Positions 10,471 through 22,775 are shown, counted from the stretch's first letter. The stretch is 22,775 nt of DNA from Ginkgo biloba (GCA_024626585.2 JANKJI020000002.1:13618516-13641290), one strand, 5' to 3'. The notes: generated by a model not told the origin, from the sequence alone. Translations and numbers: made by a program.

Positions 10471-12749
10471 TTTTATTCAACTTGATCAATCTTCTAGAGT
10501 TATTGGCCCTTCTTTCCCCAACCACGTTTTTGATCCAGTATGAAGCTCCATATGCTTTCAATTACTCATCTTCACCCTTTGGTTTTACTTCTTGGAATAA
10601 TCTCTCCGGAATTCTGCCTCAGATTTTGTGTATGGCAGAGCTAGTTGACATACCGACTTTACAGTATGAAGTACCTGGAAAGTGCTGACCACAAGCATTG
10701 CTGTTTTGAGATAGTCATAGGCTTATTTTGACCTCTTTTTTGTCGATGTAAACATACAAATTAACCAGCTTCACTTCTATTTTGAGGCCCCTACAAAAGA
10801 CAGCAAGTGATTGTGACTGAAACATGTAAGAATTTCTATGGGGGTATTCTTTTTTTGTCTAACCCCCCATCAGATAGTGGAAATGGTCTACGCACCTTTT
10901 ACTGTACATTTGGATAAATTTTGTAGCTGTGTAATGCAACAATTCAATTCAGTTCTTTTTTCTGAATATCTTTTACTACAGAGATGAAATCTGTAGAAAA
11001 CATGATTGACCAAAATCCTTTGAATGCAGTCAAACACTGTAAAATTTTCACTGTAGGCATTTCTATGCTTGGAGCAATAAATGAGAACATCTAATTGGAA
11101 AGGTTGTAGCCCTAGGTTTCAAGCTCTGTCAGATTACACTNNNNNNNNNNAAAGTTTGATGTGCAAACAGAAATTAATTACAAGTGCAATAAAAGTGAGT
11201 ATTTCAGTCCCTTTCTGTTCCCTCTGATTTGGGAGTTACCTGGGAATGGGCTGTGTGAATTTAAAAAAAAACCATAAAACATTGAAGTTATGTAATAATA
11301 TAAAATATTCTCCAGTTCTTGAAATTTCTGCATGTACATTTGATGGTAGCTCGTCAGATCTTTGCATTTTAATTCTGTGTCTGCTGATTTGATATATAAA
11401 AACAGTGAATTCAGCTATTCATTCTAGTGTCTACTGCTTGAATATTGATCTGATAGTCTGATGCTTCCAGATAGCTTCCCTAAGATGTTAAATTGCATTA
11501 ATTATTGCTCCTGTATCCATTCTATTCTTCTGCCTTCTGTCTGAAATGTTTCTTTCCTTGTTTGCCATCTTGGAAAGCTTTGTTCCATGTTCTAGTATCT
11601 TCTGTTTTTACAATTCTGGGCAAATTGTTTATTTCATTCCTAGTGAATCTGCATGTACTCTCCTTTTCTAACCTATTTTTAGAATAGTAACCATAATCTA
11701 TAAGGCATCAGTCCGTCTTAGTTTTAATGCTCAATTTTTAAATTCAAAAATCACCTATGTGGCTCTGTTTCATTTGATTATTCTGGGAATCCAACTGTTT
11801 ACTAGATTTGGACCTTGAGCATTCCGGACTGCTACCTTTTCCTTTTGTGTATAGCATCATTGAAATTAACTTGCAATTTTATATCATTGCATATAGTTCC
11901 TCCAATGACATGCTTGTACTAATAAAAATTATTAAGCCAATCTGCTTCGAGAAGATTTTATGTTGAAGGGCAATGAAGTCCACTTGAACATTGAAGCATT
12001 CATATTTGCTTGTCTGATTCCTATCTATAATTTAGCTGTCCCTACTAAGAAGTTATTGAGGTGACTTCCAATTGGCAGATGCACCCTATCTGTTTAGTGA
12101 AATGGATGGGCTAGGTTGACATTTCATATCAGTTTCTGTCACTGGCAAATAAATTATGTATGCTTGTTTCTTCTGTAGATTAGATTTCTTTATTATTATA
12201 TACAAGCTTTAAAATTCAGAGTTGGGTTCATCTTTATCAGAGTATTCAATATCAGTCTGGAAGTTTGGAAAACATAATTTAATTGTTATCTTGCTTCTTA
12301 ATAATCTGAAGGTCATAATTTAAAATAGGAGAGTTAACAAACCTCAATGCCAAAATTCAATACTGAAAAAGGGAAATANNNNNNNNNNNNNNNNNNNNNN
12401 NNNNNNNNNNNNNGAAAAATAGAGAATCATGATTAACCTACAGAAAACAATGAAAGCTGGAATTTTCTGCCACGGTAGTGAATCAATGAAGTGTAGCTTT
12501 TCTCATATTTCTCAAAATAGATATTATACCATTAAATATGTTACCATTTATGCAAAGATTAAAGCGTTGTCTGAAACCCTTGCTAGATGGTACAATCAAA
12601 TGAGCAAGATTAACTTCTTTGAAAGGTGGGATACTTGAAGCACTTGAGGAACACTCAAAAACTTNNNNNNNNNNNNNNNNNNNNNNNNNNNNNNNNNNNN
12701 NNNNNNTTTTGTTGTACGTGCGTAGAGAAATCAGCTCGGATTTCAATTG

Positions 12750-15270
12750 ATTTTACACCTAAGCTTCTTCTGGTCTAGAGAAGTCTTTATGGATCTAAGT
12801 GTCAAAGTTTGTCCATCTTTCATGGGACTCCTCATGACTAATCTGTAAATAAACCATCCTCACTAGTAAAATAGGCACACAAATCAACCAAAAAAGCTCA
12901 AAAACTATAACAAACCTACAAAATCATGGAGGAAACTCATCGGTCCCCTGCTGATAGAAAAGCTTTAAAAAAGTTGGAAAATCTTCATTTTTGTGAAAAT
13001 TTTGAAATTTCCTCCACTGATTTGGCTTTTTGGTATATGCCTGAATTGGTTGGTATATATCTTAATCAATATTTAAACTAATCTGTACAGATAATGGCAT
13101 TGATCCTAACTAATCTCATAATATGCATCACTTAGTGTTCTCGATGGCCATCTCATCTAGGACTCTAGGGAGGCTTTTTAGGATTTTGCATTTTTTTTAT
13201 TCATGCTCTTATCGTCCATTTATTACCCACAAGTCATTCACTAATTTTTCTTTTCTGGGAATAGGGCACGACTCCTACCTTCCAATTCTCTCTTGCATCT
13301 ATAACAGAAGAATCCATTTGATGTGTAAATAATTCGCTATTTTCATTTCAACCTGAATGGCTTAGCTACGACTAGGCTAGGTCAACTGAGGTTACGTAGC
13401 CTCTCTTCAATGCAGACCGTATTTTATGGCCATTTTTCTCATAATGCACCACTAATGGGACTAAGAACCTATTTTTGATATTGGCTTTCAAAGAGCTCAT
13501 CTAGGTCCATTAGATTTATTTCATCGTATAAGCATGTCTATCCACTTACTTCCTAAGGGCTCTCTTTAATTTATTGATATTTTGACTAACCAACTATTGG
13601 TGCATTTTATCATTCCTCTACGAGGGAGCACCCGTGCCGATTTTATCTTATCATCTATCTTAAGATTGCTTAGGCCACTTTTCAACATCGAATCATGCCA
13701 AACTCCACCATCGAACCCTTAGGACCTATCTTCTACATCACCCAAATGCTCGAGGCAAACCTCCATTTACAATCCACTATGATGTCAAAGCCCCCATTCA
13801 ATTTCTTGTATTGTGAGTACTCTCTATAATTGTGTAGAGTTCTACGTTCACTCTATCATGTCAACTATCTACTCTCCTAATCCATTGCTAGGTCTAAAGT
13901 GATAAACAATTATTAAATGATCACCCAACATTCTAGTTCCTATTAGTACAATGAGTCAAACAAATTCCACCACTGGGTTTCATTCTCTATTAAACTAATT
14001 ATGAAGGGATCCCATGTGTCACCCTTGAGTAAGAATTAGGTCTACATGTATGTGTATTCACTGGGTCTCTTGGAAAATAAGATAATTATACAACCAACAA
14101 TAGCTCAAAATCCAAAATCATTACGTTGGTCCATCCCACATGTTGTTGGTAATATAACTCTCACAATGGTTGGGATAACAACTTAGATAGTTTTTTCATC
14201 AATTTTTTCTCTTGTTCATTTCATCTTATCATTTTAAGAGCAAGAATTTTTTAGCATAGAGTTTATAAGTAATGTGAGACCATTCTCTCATTGATATTAG
14301 CANNNNNNNNNNTTAGGTCTATTTCTAGAAATATAATCATCTATGGAATAATTGTCACGATATGTCATGCCTTGTATTTATACATTAATCCCTTGAGGTT
14401 GGGACTTGTCCAATCCTTGGTAAAGTTTTGTGTGAGCACATGCAACATGCCCACCTCACATTAGATATGTACATATAAGTTAAAAAAGTGAAGTAGGATT
14501 AGTTTTATTGTAGGTCAATCCATTACCTCCTCTTTGTCCCTCTCCCTCTAATTAGCATCAACATGCAACACTTTATATCAAGTCTTAATCTAGATTAATG
14601 CCATTACACAATCAATCCCATCAATAATTGAGCTAGTATGACAATAGAGTAGTTTTTAGTTCTAGTTCTAGATTTAGTCCTTAAATGGGCTATTTACTTA
14701 CGTATTTTAGCCATCTAATCCTCTATTGCCCTCATCTATCAAGGGGCATTTTGTTATATCCCTTTTTGTTCCTCTGCACTCCTAAACCCTACAACACATA
14801 TAAATTAACTCGTGTAACTATTATTATCCAAAATTGTACCCCTGCATTTATACCACCGATTTGGGTGATTCCTAACATTCTTATATATATTGAAGCTTCA
14901 TTATGCACTCATATTACATTTCTCAAATTGTTACAACTCACTAATACATCACTTGTGTCACATTTTCTTATATTAGTATTTTATTATATAATATTGCTCC
15001 ATCTGTCATTTTTATTGTATGTGTATACATTATTTACACATTGCTCTTATGCATTTACCTTATGAACCTTTACATAGCCCTTTCCCTCAAGGATATTGTG
15101 TTATATAACTTACTTATATCATATTTGTCTCTCCACAGGAGTCTTTTACACACTAGGGATATGGATCATGGTTATTTTGTGATACTTCATTAGTTCATTT
15201 ATGGGAGGAGTGTGATACCATAATCTACATGACACATAAGCTTATGACCTGTGAAAGTTTATCTTAGATT
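12750..15270. mobile_element. Unclassified, probably LTR-retrotransposon-derived non-coding sequence
   Basis: CpG-poor with no credible ORF. A purine tract followed by TG (GGGAGGAG|TGTGATACC at 15203-15219) resembles a PPT/LTR start. No paired LTR was found. Confidence 0.3.
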
Positions 15271-15330
15271 GTGAGATACACCCTCGTGGCACTTTACGAG
15301 CTTTCGCCATGGCTAATGCCATGGGNNNNN

Positions 15331-15680
15331 GGATTAACAAATCCAAGGGGGTGATCGTCTATTCACTCTTCAACCTTCTGGAGCTTGGGAAAGAAGTAAT
15401 TGGTCAGCAACTGGTAAAAAATCAGCTTCTTTCTGCTCACTGTAACTAGACGGCACTGAAACGTGCGCTATATCAAAGCTCCGGCACTGAAATACGCGTG
15501 ATAATGCGCATTCTCTAGATGGTGCGTAAATGCGCATGTTGAAATGCACGTTGCAGTGCGCGCTGTTGGCTTGATGGAGATATAATTCAAGGAGATGTTT
15601 CTAGATGGTGTGCTCTCAGATTTGTCTTTCACTCCCCCCATCCCACTTTCAATTCAAGAGATGGACATCAGAGACATCGA
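15331..15680 (-). promoter_or_regulatory. CpG-retaining island, candidate promoter/5' UTR of a minus-strand gene
   Basis: Dense CG dinucleotides at 15451-15562 sit in a CG-depleted background. CGGCACTGAAA (15451, 15482), AATGCGCAT and TCTAGATGGTG each occur twice. There is an ACGCGT motif, and TGTCTC on the minus strand at 15676-15671. Confidence 0.4.
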
Positions 15681-16849
15681 AGATACAATTAATAATTTAC
15701 TACTTAAATTTGCGAGCAAACTTTGACTTGGGTCTATATGTGGTTAGGACAAAGGACAACTACATTAAGGTTTTCCTTCACAAATCATAGCTATCAATTT
15801 ATGTGATAACAAAATGAGGGATTTATGCAAATTTGATGCATTAAGATTCTTTTTTAAGATTTTCCTTCTTGAGTGTTAAGTTCTCGAACTAAGGCATTTT
15901 CATTCAGGCCTTCTCACCCAGAGAGGTTAAGGGAACTAATGGTCTTCACCTTTCATGGGTCCTAATCGCCTTGCATATAGCCAAGCCACACACTAGTATC
16001 ACTTGCATTGTATTTGCATTCCAATCTTAAAAGAAACAATAATTTTACATAAACAACTTGCAAACATAATAAACTCCATTGACCATTGATTGTATACTTC
16101 CTTTGGCTACTTATATGCCCTATTTTCTATTATGTCGCATTATTTTTTGTGTTTGGTCTATTCAATTTTTTGTTTTAGTCAATCAGTGTCTATGCAAAAC
16201 CTTTTCTTGAAGACATAATGATCTATTTTCGAATCCAAAATTGATTTGTCAATTTTAATAAAACAACAACTTGTAGTTAAAATTGGAAGAAATCTATTCA
16301 ATTTCAGCAAAAGGTCCACAAGGGAAGAATTGTAGCCTTTCCAACAAGCTTTAAAACAAGTCCAAGAGAATGAAAAATGGAGTTGTGGATCCAAAGTTAC
16401 AAGAAAAGTCGTAGCTTCCTAAAAAATAGAAAAAAATCCCTGCTTTCCTGTAACCGAAAAATATTTTGGATTCAACTTCTTCGTGTGATGTCAGATGCTT
16501 CTGAAACTGCCAAAAAACATCTTAGAATGGGGTAATTTCTTAACTTTTAAATTTCAAACTTAAAGTTTTTAAAGTTTAAAGTAGTGTTAAACTTTAAGAG
16601 TTAGCTCAAGTCACCAACACTTGGTCAAAATTTTGGGATTTTTTATTTTCAGACTTTGAGAGTTCGGGGATTTTAAGTGAATGTTGCCCAATGCCTTCAC
16701 AAAATCCTAAAGTGTATGGACCTGAAATTAAATACAACAAAGTTTATGGAATTTTTGGATTCCAAAATCTAAAAGGTGAAAAGAGTAAAAAAGAAGATAG
16801 TTGCAAAATGATTCAACTTCTTTGAACAATTAGGTTAACTGAATTAATT

Positions 16850-18117
16850 TAAAAAAGACAAACCAAGAGACATAAGCAAGAGGCATTATGCAAAAGAGTA
16901 AAGAGAGGAAGATGAGGATAGAGCCACTCAACTAAGAGGAGAGAGCCACTTAGCTAAGAGGAGCACATAGAGCTATTCAACCAAGAGGAGGACATAGAGT
17001 TACTCAACCAAGTTTTAATTCATTAAGCATTAAGCAAATAAGAGGAAGGAGGAGAGCTCCAAGAGGAGAGAACTCATCCATTTTCAGAGAAGGAAGATGG
17101 AACCTTTATGCAAGCAATAANNNNNNNNNNNNNNNNNNNNNNNNNNNNNNNNNNNNNNNNNNNNNNNNNNNNNNNNNNNNNNNNNNNNNNNNNNNNNNNN
17201 NNNNNNNNNNNNNNNNNNNNTGGGAATTTTGGCAATTTTGAGTAACTAACATCATTAGAGGAGAACTCAGCAACAAGGTAAATCAACAACTTCGATTGAA
17301 GAGAGTTTGACGTCGATAATAAGCAAGGCAAGGTGGTGAACGATGGAGAGCTCATCAACAGGGATCACTAATAGCAAGGAAAGATGAGGGAGTTTAACAA
17401 AGGAAAAGAGACACTGACGACAAATAGGAGGAAGGAGGAGGGTTAACCGATAACCATTGATCGTCAATAAAGATGATTGACAACCGTGATAGAGAAAATT
17501 GGCATTGGCATATAGGAGTTCATCGATAATGACAATCAGGGAACCAATAGGCAAAGAGCTAGTTGACATGAAGGGAAGCTTAATACTCAGGAAATTAATG
17601 GAATTAGTTGAAATACTTAATGGTGGTAGTTGGGAGACACCTACCAAAGGAATCTTCACTTGTGAATGGAGTGTAATGACGAGTTGAATGCCTCGCTAAC
17701 CTAGAGAAGAAGCGATAATTTTTGGGGGGTTAAAGAGGAGAACCTTCCAGGAGAGGGGAGAGAGAGAAGGGAGGACCACAAATCATAGAAGAAAAATGTA
17801 GAATAGAGGAGCAAAGAAGAGGAGAATAACTTAGAGATCGAGGACTTGGCTCATAGCCTAGAGTGAATCCTTCAACTCAAGAGGAGTATATTATGGTGTA
17901 AATGTATTTGATTGTATTATTCCTATAATCCCTTAGGGATAGTGACTAATGAAAATAATTATGTTATTTATGTGAATGGTCTTATGATTCTTTTCTTCAA
18001 TGTTGTTAGCTTTGTGAGACAACCAAATCCCATCTCACACTATTCCTCACCATGTGTGTATGTGAGTTGTCTATCAATCTTGGGCATGGATCTCATTTAG
18101 TTGGTTGGGTGATAACA
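16850..18117 (+). mobile_element. Probable LTR fragment of an LTR retrotransposon
   Basis: A long purine-rich non-coding tract with an internal minisatellite switches to TG-rich sequence and ends in GGGTGATAACA (18117), which resembles an LTR 3' end. The 5' end and TSD are not established. Confidence 0.35.
16915..17012 (+). repeat. Short minisatellite, 4 imperfect 22-27-bp copies
   Basis: Copies read AGAGCCACTCAACTAAGAGGAG, AGAGCCACTTAGCTAAGAGGAGCACAT, AGAGCTATTCAACCAAGAGGAGGACAT and AGAGTTACTCAACCAAG. Confidence 0.8.
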
Positions 18118-18670
18118 GATGGGTGGATCCATCATTGGGGCACTTTTATTTATCATGTTATATCCTTTATTATACTAGTGCCATCAATGTTAATTTTCAT
18201 GATATTTTTTTAGTTAGTGTAAACTTTTAGAAAATTTATTTTATCCCAAAATTTAAAATATATAAATTTAACTAAATTATTATGAAAATTGCAAGTTTCT
18301 TATATTTGTACGCACTTTATACTAAAATTTAACGAATTTCTATTTAAAATAAATTTTATACAAATAAATTTTGGTGAATATTTATTTTCAATTAGTGAAT
18401 ATTTTTAGAAAACTTTAGGGGACAAAAACCCAAATGGTGAATATTAGCCACTAAATTTTTCCATGGGTTCCACCTACCAAAAATCCATGATAAGAACCTT
18501 TTTATGATTTACTTCATAAGTATGCCGATGCTTTCTTAGACGATTCAAGGGCCAAGTCGCACAGATGTCAAGATCACTTTAATATTTTACATATCATTTT
18601 ACATAGTGTCAGATGTATTGATGGTATACTCATGTAATCATAATATATAAGATGGTTGATCGGCATGGAT

Positions 18671-18746
18671 CCACCATCATAGTAATGATGGACCCATGTT
18701 GGGCCACCATCATGGTGATGGTGGTCACATGTTAGTCCACCATCAT
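18671..18746. repeat. 33-bp tandem repeat with a palindromic core
   Basis: CCACCATCAT recurs at 18671, 18704 and 18737. The middle core, CCACCATCA-TGG-TGATGGTGG, is a perfect 9-bp hairpin. Confidence 0.85.
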
Positions 18747-19011
18747 AAGGTTAAATTTCTAACTCTCTTTAGTGATGAAATTTAATATTTTATCCAATAC
18801 AATTTACGGATGGATGGATGTACACTTCTAATTTTTTTAGTATATATATTAATACATGCCCATGAAAAATAATTACCATATGATATCATCTTATTAATAC
18901 TTTATTAGTATNNNNNNNNNNNNNNNNNNNNNNNNNNNNNNNNNNNNNNNNNNNNNNNNNNNNNNNNNNNNNNNNNNNNNNNNNNNNNNNNNNNNNNNNN
19001 NNNNNNNNNNN

Positions 19012-20900
19012 TCTCAACTACCTAGGATGAAGCCTGCTTCAAAAAAATCTTACCCACTGGGATAACAGAGTTATTACCTTCTGGAAACAACACCTCCTTC
19101 CTGTGTTATATTTCTAGCATTGGGCTACCTTCATAAACCTTCTCTGAAAAAGTTCTTTGATCTTCCTTGCTCCTTAAGGTGGCTCTGTCACTAACTTTTA
19201 TACTCACCTACTCTAAACATGATAATAGCCTTTAAGGAGGAAAACCTTTACCTCCCCCAACCTCCTGGACATTTAGACTTGAATCTTCATCCCTACTACT
19301 CAGAACACAATCAACGTTAGTTACCCCTTTACCTCGGTGCCTGCCCATTGTAGCAAGATCTCCCTCCTTAGCTAATAACTCAGTCACTAGTTTTTGAAAG
19401 TGAGATACGAGCGGATGCTCTCTCAAAAATTTTGACTTGATACTTTCTTCAATTTATGAAGGTCCCATTGGGAACTTACCTTCCTACGCCACCAAAATTA
19501 AAACTTCACTTAACAATTTTAAAATAACCTCCACTATATTCACGTTGTTCACCACATCACCCTTTGGTGGGGAATTGATTAGTTCTAGAGAGTTAAGATC
19601 GGCACTCGGCTATGCCTACATAATCAAATTAGATTCCACCTCCATTAAATTTGAACTCCTAAGAGATCCTCCATGTGAGGATTCATTAAGGATGCCTAGG
19701 CCTCCAACAACCATTAAATTCACCCCAACAACTTCTACTAATGGAATGCTTGACTTAACCTAGATGGCATTGCTTGCTTCAACTTCATTCTTTATCTATC
19801 TTAATAATGGAGTGAACGCATTCTTTTGAGAGGGACTACATGACAGAGGGATCCTCCTTCCTCTTCCATAAGGCCCTACGACCTTTCTGCACTTCTATCC
19901 ATGAATCGTATGGATTAATTAGCAATCGATCCTTGGGCTATGGATTCAAACTACCTGAAATGAATTAGGAACAAATCCCTTCCTTGTCTTGAGGAACTTC
20001 TAGAAACCAAAATCCTTCCTTCTCCTTCAAAATTGGTTGTACAAACGATCTGGAGTTAAACCCCTCATCCCTTTCTTTCTCTATCGATCACATATCCTGG
20101 TGGGAAGGAACCAAGTCCATTCCTTCAATTTCCTAATTTTTTTTGTTCCCTACACCAAACCTATTATCAAGATCATCATCTCTGGGCAGGGTTCCTTCCT
20201 GAGTCTAAGTCCTATTTCGATTAAATCCTCCCCTAGGATTGCGATCTTCCCCTTCTTTTATTGGCAAGAGTGGACAACATTTTACCAAATGCCCATATTT
20301 TTATAGTGCATACATCTGTAAGGCACTCCCTCATAATTGATCCATTCAATAAATTTATGGCTATCAAAGATCATTTCTATATCTTTCAAAAGCCCCTTTG
20401 TTATGTTGACATTGGCACAAATTTAAGTATAGGTAGCATNNNNNNNNNNNNNNNNNNNNNNNNNNNNNNNNNNNNNNNNNNNNNNNNNNNNNNNNNNNNN
20501 NNNNNNNNNNNNNNNNNNNNNNNNNNNNNNNNNNNNNNNATCACAGGCTATCGCCCGATACAAAGAAGAGGAATCACAAGTGGAAGGCTTGGTAGAATCA
20601 TAAGCTTTCCCTTGGTACAAAGGATCCTTGGTTGAAAATTCAACTGTTTGTGTGTGTGTGTGTGGATGAGTCCCTTTTTCTCTCATTGAGGGATGCTTCA
20701 ATTACTCAAACCTCTCGAAGTAGTTAAACCATCTCTAGGTGGTTATAAAGTTAGAAACCAACCACTTACTCTTCCATGGGGCCCTCCTTTGGCAACCTAT
20801 GTGTTTCACCTTTTATTCTATTTGGGAAAATATGCTTAATATTTTCCCATAAGGTGTCATAAGATCTTCCTCTTTCCACCCCTAAACTCCTGAATGTTGA
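19012..20900 (-). mobile_element. Degenerate L1-type LINE ORF1 (DUF4283-like region + CCHC zinc knuckle + low-complexity tail)
   Basis: The minus strand gives RSYDTLWENIKHIFPNRIKGETHRLPK (~20867-20787) and ILPSLPL (~20600-20580). It then gives ICANVNITKGLLKDIEMIFD..INYEGVPYRCMHYK, a frameshift, and YGHLVKCCP (20422-20271), matching ARICVxxDxxKGL..DYEGxPxRCxxCxxYGHxxxxC. The lower boundary is approximate. Confidence 0.8.
20649..20664. repeat. (TG)8 microsatellite within the LINE ORF1 remnant
   Basis: Direct reading of the sequence. Confidence 0.95.
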
Positions 20901-21689
20901 CAGTCACTTAGCATCTGCGGGCCCTCCTTTACCTAGCATATCGAGTTTTAGTTGTTTGGAGAAAATGCCAACTCAAGGGAATGTCACACTCCTTTTTAAT
21001 ATCTAAACTCTAAACTCTAAAATATGTCACACTCCTTTACACCATTCGTTGGCTTTTTGTATCCTTCATCTACTAGCTTTTATGCCATTTGTCAAACGTC
21101 TTCGCCTATTTGCCAAACTCTTTAGGTCATTCATTGAACTTCCTTTGCCCATTTTTTGAAATTAACCCACTGATTCTAAAAAACACATAGGGACTTCGTT
21201 TCTACAAGACTGTCCAGAAATACCCTTGCATCAATTATAGGGTTGTTGGTTTGCATATGTTTTTATCTATTTGGTACATACCTACTATGTTTAGCTATTA
21301 CAGTTTCAAAATGATAATAGTTATATGTGTCTAAAATATTTTTCTATTATTCCTTTAAACTTTAGTAACTTAGGGAATGCTTCTCTCTATCAAGTCTTAT
21401 TATTGGGAGGTCAAAATGATAAAAATAAGGCCATTTTAGTTTGGCAAATAAGTGTGATACAAGTAAGTGCAAGAAACTATCCTATGGTCTATAGATCAAT
21501 ATATACTATTAAGCCAATGAAAATTTCTAGAATCCATCTCAAGCTTCATTATGAACTTTACAAGTTGCTTGATAGAGAAATTAATGTACTAATCAAACAT
21601 TTCACGATAAGGTTAGGAATTCCACTACTTTTAAGGAACTATTTTGGTTATTTTTGGATTGTGACTAGACCCCCATATAGAATAACCAC

Positions 21690-21950
21690 ATAAGTATGTA
21701 CACTTAGTAACAAATTCCCTACCATTCTTGACACTTAGTTTACAATATATTCCTTTACCATATTAAACTAAAACATCTTAATGTATCCTATTTTCCATCT
21801 TAATGTTGATATAAAGTCTCCTAAAATAGTATATTTTCAAGACATCTTTACATGCTTTCATGAAAAACATTATTCATTTTTGAATGATCGTCTAAATAAC
21901 ATTAAGCAATACCAGTTGTACCCATTATATATTTAAGAATTGGGATAATT
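21690..21950 (-). mobile_element. Possible highly decayed non-LTR retrotransposon APE endonuclease remnant
   Basis: Minus-strand TILGDF (21830-21813) is followed by YGKG....KNGK, reminiscent of the RTE/CR1-type ILGDFN...G.YG.G..N.NG. Only short motifs match. Confidence 0.25.
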
Positions 21951-22775
21951 ACGTAGCATCCTCTAATACTGAGCAAATTATATGGAAATATTTAAAATAC
22001 ATGTACTTTAGGATTACTTAAATGGTCAACCCCTTAATAGACAACCATAAGAAGGCAACCACTCTATGCTTATGGTTTGAAAAAAAACATGGAAGTAATT
22101 AAAAAACTAAAGTGCATAAATAACATAATATTTATATTAAAATTAGAAATAAAAAATGATTATATACAAAACAAAACAACGATTTTAATGATATGTTGAA
22201 GATTGGCGTTGTGTTTATGACATAGATTGCTCGAAATATATGAATCCCAAGCCACTTCCAATTGAAATATTGCATGCTCTTTAAATGATTGAATCCATAT
22301 CTAATTGATTAGATATAAAATAGAAAATGATAACTCAAGGATTAATTATTTTTTGTTGACATAAATTTCTCAAAGAACATATGATGTCATTACTTATGTA
22401 TGTATGCATCACTTGTAATTTCTACAACATACTCCATGAAATTTTGTCCATTTTTAGAGATCATGCAACATTTATAGAATCCGCAATGCATAAATCAATT
22501 GTAAACTAATTTTGGTTGAGCANNNNNNNNNNNNNNNNNNNNNNNNNNNNNNNNNNNNNNNNNNNNNNTTGTCAGAGTGATGCGTATTTAAATAAAAAGG
22601 TGATTTACATAGTCTAATAAATAAAATTTTCATTATCAATTCTTTTATAAATAAGAAATTTTAGGTATGTATGGAATTTAGATTGAAAGTTAAATTCATT
22701 ATGAGGAATTCATAAAGGGAATTTCTCCTTATATTTCAATTACAATTTAGTGATGTGGAAGGAACAATTATTGTG

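Noticed and set aside
13955-14050. LINE endonuclease-like VDLILTQ and SGGI motifs on the minus strand
   Set aside because: The spacing is too short, the frames are inconsistent, and there is no WNxRG or GDFN motif.
14131-14160. snRNA USE-like ATCCCACATG followed by a TATA-like sequence
   Set aside because: The USE-TATA spacing is far too short and there is no snRNA sequence downstream.
15212-15219. tRNA-iMet primer-binding site (TGGTATCA on the minus strand)
   Set aside because: Only 8 nt match, the GAGC continuation is missing, and there is no adjacent LTR CA end.
15604-18122. Solo LTR 15609-18117 with a GATGG target-site duplication
   Set aside because: A 5-bp match is expected by chance (GATGGTG also occurs at ~15518), and the terminal inverted repeats match poorly.
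18671-18746. CRISPR-like palindromic periodic repeat
   Set aside because: The linkers are only 12 bp and resemble each other, there are no cas genes, and the context is eukaryotic.
10464-22775. Assorted 60-130 aa ORFs (e.g. 11505, 13123, 14685, 17267, 19437, 21325)
   Set aside because: They have the composition of AT-rich non-coding or antisense TE DNA, with no domains or consistent splice structure.

Overview
This is eukaryotic, AT-rich, repeat-dense, gappy (13 N-runs) plant nuclear DNA; a large-genome seed plant such as a gymnosperm is plausible, but that is inference. It is not prokaryotic, and I see no CRISPR, rRNA or tRNA. The one well-supported host gene is a spliced + strand gene. Its putative coding exons are ~5642-5677, 8009-8492, 9051-9262 and 9400-10470 (about 600 aa). 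It encodes an uncharacterised protein with a Q/H/P-rich low-complexity N-terminus, a P/Y/W/G-rich segment, a conserved-looking LSQKHQRLWEAQ|SMENVQLW + coiled-coil block, basic patches and an acidic tail. Around it are degenerate retroelements found by translating through stops: the C-terminus of an L1-type LINE ORF2 (~900-2190, -), a Ty1/copia RT fragment (~2230-2589, -), a Tat/Ogre-like Ty3/gypsy protease-RT remnant (3235-~5070, +), a Ty3/gypsy integrase GPY/F fragment abutting exon 2 (8493-8859, -) and an L1-type LINE ORF1 (~19012-20900, -). The most interesting observations are: (1) antisense integrase DNA joined directly to exon 2 with two in-frame candidate donors; (2) a hierarchical intronic tandem repeat whose monomer includes the exon-2 acceptor; (3) a CpG-retaining island followed by a truncated SAUR-like start on the minus strand; and (4) small palindromic repeats. 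I found no convincing new multi-gene system, and several oddities may be assembly artefacts.
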